Part shown: in pieces, positions 58,324 to 64,000 of the stretch
How the letters are laid out: each line of letters starts with the position of its first letter
Numbering within the stretch: position 1 is the first letter of the stretch
NCBI GenBank assembly: GCA_965656495.1
Contig: CBFHKU010000003.1
Span: forward strand, 32,001-96,000
DNA: 64,000 nt
Source: Coraliomargaritaceae bacterium
GTDB taxonomy: Bacteria > Verrucomicrobiota > Verrucomicrobiia > Opitutales > Coraliomargaritaceae
Direction of reading: 5' to 3'
Made by a program: the position numbers and the translations under genes
Notes under the pieces: model-generated
The model's input: only the letters and a program-made list of their open reading frames with translations
The model's database searches: none
What the model was told of the DNA's origin: nothing

Positions 58324-59879
58324 CAGAACTTAACGAAGCTTCCCGCCATCCATTCCTGGAAGGCCTCAGTAAGCACCGGGGTGCGCCGCCGACCGTCATG
58401 GTCATTTTTGGTGCTTCCGGCGACTTGGCCGCGCGTAAACTCATCCCTGCGATTTTTAATCTCGGCATTGATAATTTACTGCCCGGTGAATTCCACCTGA
58501 TTGGGTATGGTCGCCGTGAAATGAGCGACGAGGCCTTTCGTAGCGACATGGATGCCGCCATTGAGTCGCACTCCCGCCGCCCCCTTGATCCGGCGATTTG
58601 GGAGCGGGTACGCGAAGGGATGAGTTACCAGCCGGGCGGCTACGACGACCCCAAGGTCTTTGAAATTCTAGCGGAACGAATTGCGAAAATAGAGACTGAA
58701 CTCGGTCGCGAAGTTCAGCGCCTGTTCTATATCTCGACCCCGCCGAGTGTCTTTGAGCCGATCATCGAAAACCTCGGACGCTCGGGTTTGGCAAAAGCGC
58801 ATTTGCATACTCCCTTCGCTTCCAAGGTGATTGTTGAAAAACCCTTTGGGCACGATCTCGAATCCGCCCGCGCTCTGAACGCCTCGATTCAAGAGGTCTT
58901 TGAGGAATCGCAGGTCTACCGCATTGACCATTACCTCGGGAAGGAAACCGTGCAGGATTTGCTCGTGCAGCGTTTTGCCAATTCCATCTTTGAGCCGATG
59001 TGGAATCGGGAACACGTGAACAATGTTCAAATCACGGTGGCGGAAAGTTTGGGGGTCGGTTCTCGTGGGGGTTACTACGATACCAGCGGAGCCCTGCGGG
59101 ACATGATCCAGAATCACACCATGCAACTGCTCGCGCTCACCGCAATGGAGCCGCCGGTTTCGCTCGACCCCGAATCCATTCGCGATGAAAAGGTCAAAGT
59201 TCTAAAAGCGATTCAGCCATTGAATTTGACTGCTCCCGGTCAGGGAGGGGACGTGGTGCGCGCCCGCTACACCAATGGAATTCTGAATGGCGATCCCGTT
59301 GCGGGTTACATGGAGGAATCCGGCATTCCGGCAGATTCCAATACGGAAACCTATGCGGCGCTGCGTCTATCGATCAATAATTGGCGCTGGAAAGGGGTTC
59401 CTTTTTATATTCGCTCCGGTAAGCGCATGGCACGCCGCGCCAGTGAAATCGCGGTACAGTTCAAGCGGCCTCCCGGGATTCTTTTTTCTGAAGGGGAGAA
59501 GTTTAACGTCGCGCCGAATACGATGGTCATTCGCATCCAACCGGACGAGGGGGTCACGCTGGTCCTGAACTCGAAGGTTCCGGGTCTGGAAACCCGCACC
59601 CAGCCGGTAAAAATGCATTTTCGATATGCCGCGACTTATGGTTCCAATACCCCGGAAGCCTACGAACGTTTGATTCTGGATGCGATGGTGGGGGACGGGA
59701 CGCTCTTCATCCGAGGGGATGAAACGGAGGCCTCCTGGAAATTGATCACGCCTATTTTGGAGCATTGGCAGGCGAGCGGAACGAAAGGCATGGAAGAATA
59801 TGCCGCCGGTTCCTGGGGCCCTGCGGCAAGTGATGCCATGCTGGCAGTCGCGGACAACACTTGGCGCAATGCCGGTTAA
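58320..59879 (+). CDS. zwf: glucose-6-phosphate 1-dehydrogenase
   Basis: GASGDLA, EKPFG, RIDHYLGKE, RDMIQNH, RWKGVPFY. Confidence 0.96.
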   Translation: MTELNEASRHPFLEGLSKHRGAPPTVMVIFGASGDLAARKLIPAIFNLGIDNLLPGEFHLIGYGRREMSDEAFRSDMDAAIESHSRRPLDPAIWERVREGMSYQPGGYDDPKVFEILAERIAKIETELGREVQRLFYISTPPSVFEPIIENLGRSGLAKAHLHTPFASKVIVEKPFGHDLESARALNASIQEVFEESQVYRIDHYLGKETVQDLLVQRFANSIFEPMWNREHVNNVQITVAESLGVGSRGGYYDTSGALRDMIQNHTMQLLALTAMEPPVSLDPESIRDEKVKVLKAIQPLNLTAPGQGGDVVRARYTNGILNGDPVAGYMEESGIPADSNTETYAALRLSINNWRWKGVPFYIRSGKRMARRASEIAVQFKRPPGILFSEGEKFNVAPNTMVIRIQPDEGVTLVLNSKVPGLETRTQPVKMHFRYAATYGSNTPEAYERLILDAMVGDGTLFIRGDETEASWKLITPILEHWQASGTKGMEEYAAGSWGPAASDAMLAVADNTWRNAG

Positions 59880-59900
59880 GTAGCGGGCTATACTTTTGAG

Positions 59901-60866
59901 ATGGCTGAATTGATCACACATCTTCCCGGGCAGGAGCTCGCGGTCAGCGCGGTTGAGAAACGGCTTCGCCAAATGTGGGATGCAGATGGGGAGGCCTCGC
60001 CTTCGCATTTTCGGGCCTCGCAAATGAACATCGTGCTGCATTTTGGTTTTCAGGTAACACCGGCGGAGGCCTTGGAGGCATTCGATTCCTTATTACGTTT
60101 TGTGCAGCGTTACCCTGGGCGTATCATTGTGCTTTGCCCCAGCGAAACGCGGCAAGACGGTTCGATGGGCGCGAAACTCTTCAGCCAATGCTACATTGGG
60201 CCGTCGCAGCGCGAGATGTGTTGTTGCGAGGCGCTCATGCTCGCCTTTGAGCCGGAGGATTGCGGGCACTTGGCGAATCAGGTTTCGGTATGGCTGGAGT
60301 CGGATCTGCCGACATACCACTGGTTCATGAAGGTTCCGGGAGCCCGCATTCATAAGTATTTTGACAATCTCCTCAAGGGGGTGCGCCGCATGATTTACGA
60401 CGGAAGTCTCGAGCAAAGTGACTTGCGGTCCTTGGATTGGCCGCGACCCGAACGGGTGCGCGATCTGGCGCAGGCGCGGCTTTTGCCGATCCGCCAATCG
60501 CTGGGACAATTCCTGAGCGGTTTCCCGATTGAGGGCTTGCTGGACGGACTCACGGGCATTCGGTTGGGGTATGCGCCGGAGCGGAAGGGTGAGGCGGTCC
60601 GTCTTGCGGAGTGGCTGGAGTCCTGCCTTGGCGGGCGCTTAAAAATTCAGACCGGGCTTTTTGAGGCAGCATCCCCGCAGGCTGAGCCCCTGCAATTAAA
60701 CATGCTCTGGGATTATGCGGACGATCGTTATCTCAAATGGGAGCTTTATTGCGAGGGGGAGCGCGCGCGTTTTGACTTTAAGCTCGGCGCTGAGGCAAAA
60801 TCCTTCATGACGCAACTCAAGCCGCTTGCGCCGGAGCAAGCCTTGGCAGAGGCCCTCTTTTTCTAG
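59901..60866 (+). CDS. opcA: G6PD assembly protein OpcA-like
   Basis: Directly downstream of zwf; P.RII.L, CCE, SDLPTYHW, DL...RL..R pattern. Confidence 0.75.
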   Translation: MAELITHLPGQELAVSAVEKRLRQMWDADGEASPSHFRASQMNIVLHFGFQVTPAEALEAFDSLLRFVQRYPGRIIVLCPSETRQDGSMGAKLFSQCYIGPSQREMCCCEALMLAFEPEDCGHLANQVSVWLESDLPTYHWFMKVPGARIHKYFDNLLKGVRRMIYDGSLEQSDLRSLDWPRPERVRDLAQARLLPIRQSLGQFLSGFPIEGLLDGLTGIRLGYAPERKGEAVRLAEWLESCLGGRLKIQTGLFEAASPQAEPLQLNMLWDYADDRYLKWELYCEGERARFDFKLGAEAKSFMTQLKPLAPEQALAEALFF

Positions 60867-60965
60867 GGGATAAACTACAAGGGTTAAGCCTTGCTTGCGC
60901 TTCGGCGGATTGATTCAATACGCCTTGAAAAACTAGGAGCTACTTTCGCCTATTATTGGTTCAAA

Positions 60966-63900
60966 ATGTCGCAGAATTTGAAAAGTGATATCCCCACTCA
61001 AGAGGCAGAACAACGCCTCGAATTGATGCGTGCCATGTGGCGGAGTCGCTTGGGCGACCTGCGGGAACAAAGCCTCATTCGTCAGGGGAAAGGCTGGTTC
61101 CATATCTCGGGAATGGGGCATGAATCCTTGGCGACTGCGGCATTGCATCTTGAAGCGGGTGACTACGCCTTCCCGTATTATCGTGACCGGGCTTTTTGCG
61201 TTCAACGGGGTCTCGATGATGCCGCACTCGCGCTGGCGTTCTATGCGAAACGTGATTCCTCCAGTGGCGGGCGCCAGTTGACCGGGCATTTCAGTGACCG
61301 CGCCCTGAACATCTGGAGCCATCCATCCCCGGTTGGTGCGCACCTCCTGCCGGCCTGCGGGGCGGCTTGGGGTATTCAAATGGATGGATCGGGGCAGGTG
61401 GTGTATGCTTCGCTTGGCGAGGCGGCGGCGCGGCAGGGTGATTTCTACGAAGCGGTTTGTTTTGCGAAGGAACGGCAGCTGCCGATTGTTTTTGTGGTCG
61501 AGGACAACCGCATTGCGATCAGCACCGACACACAGCGGACGAATCCCCTGGCGTTGGGAGTCTTGGCGGCGGAAGAATGGCGACGCGTTGACGGGGTCGA
61601 GGTGGATGCGGTTTCAGCGGTGATGAAGGATGCCATTGAATTTGCGCGCTCGGGCAAGGGTCCCGCTTTTGTATGGTGTGATGTCGAGCGTTTCTCAAAT
61701 CATTCGAGCGCGGATGACCAGCGCATGTATCGCGCTCCCGATGAGCTGGAAGCCCTGCAGACCCGCGATCCGGTAGCGCTTTACCGGGCGCAGTTGATCG
61801 AGTCGGGTGTATTGACTGAAGCGGAGGCGGAGGCACAGGAAACAGAAATAAAGGCGGAGGTTCGCGCCGCGTATAAGGCCGCCGAGTCCGCGGAGGATCC
61901 CCACGCAAAGGAGCAGGGCGCGCACCTCTATGGGCCAAGCTATGAACCGGAGCCCGTTCCGGTGGAGTTGGACTCCGAGTGCCGGATTCTTGACGCGGTC
62001 AATCGCACCTTTCACGCCGCTTTGGATCAATTGCCGGAAGTGGTCTTTTTTGGTGAGGATATTGCGGACCCGAAGGGCGGGGTCTTTAACCTGACGAAGG
62101 GGCTTTCGACCAAGGATCCCGCGCGGGCGGTGAATTCGCCCCTCGCGGAATCCACCATTATGGGGGTGGCGGTTGGGCTGGCGTCCTACGGCAAGCGTCC
62201 CTGTTTTGAAATTCAATTTGTGGACTTCATTTATCCTGGCTGGAATCAGTTGGTCAGCAACATGGCGACCCTGCGCTGGCGGAGCTTTGGGCAATGGGAA
62301 TGCCCCCTGGTGATTTATGCACCCTGCGGGGGTTATTTGCCCGGCGGGGCGCTTTGGCACAGTCAATCCGGCGAGGCGAATTTTGCGCGTATTCCGGGTC
62401 TCCGAGTGGTGGTACCCTCGACGCCAAACGATGCGGCGGGACTTTTTTGGGCGGCATTGCGCGGGAGTGACCCCACCATCATTCTTTTGCCGAAGCATTT
62501 GATGTGGGCGGCACAGGCCGCCCCGGCACCCGTGCCACCTGTATCGCTTGGCAAAGCCCGGGTCCTGCGTGAAGGGGATGTCCTGACCTTGGTGACCTGG
62601 GGAAATTGCGTGGAATTGGTGGAGGAAAGCCTTGAGAAAATGGAGGCTGAACTCGCAATCGAATTGATCGACCTGCGTTCGATCGCGCCTTGGGACCGCG
62701 AGTGTCTCATGGAATCGGTCTGTAAGACGGGGCGTTTGCTCGTGGTTCAGGAGGACAACATCACCGCGAGTATTGGGCAGATGTTGGTGGCGGAGCTGTG
62801 CAGTGAGCGCCGGGTTTTAGAGGCCTTGAAAAGCCCCCCGGCGATTGTTTCGAAAGGCGACGTCCACATTGGCTTTAATCCGATTTATGAATACGCCGCC
62901 CTGCCGGATCATGAGCGGGTCGTGAATGCGATTGAAAGTATTCTGGGAACCGCCTTGAAGTCCTCGCTCGAGGCCGCAAAATGGAGCGAGCAATCGGATG
63001 CGCCTGCCGCACCAACCAAGACTCCCGCCGGGGAAGCAAAACCAATCATGAACTCCGAAAATCTAATTAAAACGATCACGGTGCCGATTCTGGGCGAGGG
63101 GATTCGGGTGGCGCGCATTGTGGCGGTGCATAAAGCGGTGGGCGATCTCGTCGCGGCGGATGAAGCGCTCTGTGAAGTCGAGACCGACAAGGCGGTTTTC
63201 CCGATTGAATGCGATGTGGAGGGGCGCTTGCTCGAGTGGAACGCCGGTCTGGATGATGAGGTCAAGGTGGGGCAGGAATTATTGAAGCTTCAGATCGCGG
63301 GGGAGGCCGTCGCAACGGATGCTCCGGCAACGGTCGTCGATGCCGCACCTGCAAATACGGGGCTCTCTCCGGAGGCGATTCAGCAAATACAGGGGATCAT
63401 CCCGGCAACGATTGACATGACTTGTCGTTGGGAGGCGGTGCGTGCTGCTCGCCTGCGGAGTAAAGCATTGGGCGGCGGAACCCTTTCACCGGTGACGATG
63501 GCGGCATGGGTGGCGGTGCAGTCGATGAAGTCGCACAAGCGTTTTGCCAGTTATGTGAGCGGCGGCAAGTTGCGGGAGGATGAAGCCGACTTCGATCTGG
63601 GCATCGCAGTTGCCTTGCCCGGTGATGTTTTGGAAACCGCGGTGGTGCCGTCTGCCAATAAACTGACTTGGGAATCGTTCCCAGAGGCGGTGAATCTCGC
63701 CTTGAAAAAAGCGCGCCAGGGGGAATCGGTTTCAAAGAATCGCGTTTCACTGATTATCTCCAGCTTGGGGACCTACTCGGTGCGTTCTGCTATTCCGGTG
63801 GTGGTGCCGCCCGCGGTGGCGACGCTCTTTGTCGGGGCGCCTCAAAGCCTGCCGGATCCGAAGTCAGAAACGGGTGCCTTGATGGAGGTGGTTTCGCTGG

Positions 63901-63995
63901 TCCTGACCTTTGATCATCGCTGGATCAATGGTGTGGGTGCCGCCGCGTTCCTTTCAAAGGTGCGCAAGGGGATTGAGCGTTTTGACTTAGTCTGA
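60966..63995 (+). CDS. 2-oxoacid dehydrogenase fusion: E1alpha-E1beta-lipoyl domain-E2-like catalytic domain
   Basis: [53 protein letters not shown]. Confidence 0.85.
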   Translation: MSQNLKSDIPTQEAEQRLELMRAMWRSRLGDLREQSLIRQGKGWFHISGMGHESLATAALHLEAGDYAFPYYRDRAFCVQRGLDDAALALAFYAKRDSSSGGRQLTGHFSDRALNIWSHPSPVGAHLLPACGAAWGIQMDGSGQVVYASLGEAAARQGDFYEAVCFAKERQLPIVFVVEDNRIAISTDTQRTNPLALGVLAAEEWRRVDGVEVDAVSAVMKDAIEFARSGKGPAFVWCDVERFSNHSSADDQRMYRAPDELEALQTRDPVALYRAQLIESGVLTEAEAEAQETEIKAEVRAAYKAAESAEDPHAKEQGAHLYGPSYEPEPVPVELDSECRILDAVNRTFHAALDQLPEVVFFGEDIADPKGGVFNLTKGLSTKDPARAVNSPLAESTIMGVAVGLASYGKRPCFEIQFVDFIYPGWNQLVSNMATLRWRSFGQWECPLVIYAPCGGYLPGGALWHSQSGEANFARIPGLRVVVPSTPNDAAGLFWAALRGSDPTIILLPKHLMWAAQAAPAPVPPVSLGKARVLREGDVLTLVTWGNCVELVEESLEKMEAELAIELIDLRSIAPWDRECLMESVCKTGRLLVVQEDNITASIGQMLVAELCSERRVLEALKSPPAIVSKGDVHIGFNPIYEYAALPDHERVVNAIESILGTALKSSLEAAKWSEQSDAPAAPTKTPAGEAKPIMNSENLIKTITVPILGEGIRVARIVAVHKAVGDLVAADEALCEVETDKAVFPIECDVEGRLLEWNAGLDDEVKVGQELLKLQIAGEAVATDAPATVVDAAPANTGLSPEAIQQIQGIIPATIDMTCRWEAVRAARLRSKALGGGTLSPVTMAAWVAVQSMKSHKRFASYVSGGKLREDEADFDLGIAVALPGDVLETAVVPSANKLTWESFPEAVNLALKKARQGESVSKNRVSLIISSLGTYSVRSAIPVVVPPAVATLFVGAPQSLPDPKSETGALMEVVSLVLTFDHRWINGVGAAAFLSKVRKGIERFDLV

Positions 63996-64000
63996 GTTGC

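Noticed and set aside
1..64000. tRNA/rRNA genes, IS elements, prophage genes
   Set aside because: None recognised by eye; a covariance-model or HMM scan is needed to exclude small ones

Overview
Bacterial chromosomal window; the gene set and protein styles suggest Verrucomicrobiota (Opitutales-like), which is an inference only. Housekeeping flanks: on the left, a recD2 5' end, an O-antigen-ligase/TPR protein, gpsA, a SET protein, pdhABC, valS and a His6-type hisA; on the right, a DUF4838-like protein, a MnmM-like methyltransferase with an FAD oxidoreductase, yraN, zwf-opcA and a fused E1alpha-E1beta-lipoyl-E2 dehydrogenase. Between them is a ~37 kb Wzx/Wzy surface-polysaccharide locus (16.2-53.3 kb) with four sulfotransferase-like genes and many other modifying enzymes. 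The most unusual part is the nucleotide-sugar segment (~20.6-30.2 kb). It is interleaved with small cassettes (two AbrB/VapC pairs, a four-helix-bundle gene, an addiction-module/RelE pair, an MNT-HEPN pair). Most are bracketed by partial duplicates of neighbouring conserved genes: five copies of the rmlA start, and two alternative 3' ends of a nucleotide-sugar dehydrogenase. No integrase or transposase was recognised in the window. Families of 7-8 nt tandem/inverted micro-repeats flank some cassettes and also sit in-frame inside enzyme genes. All calls come from reading the sequence and recognising motifs; no searches were run.
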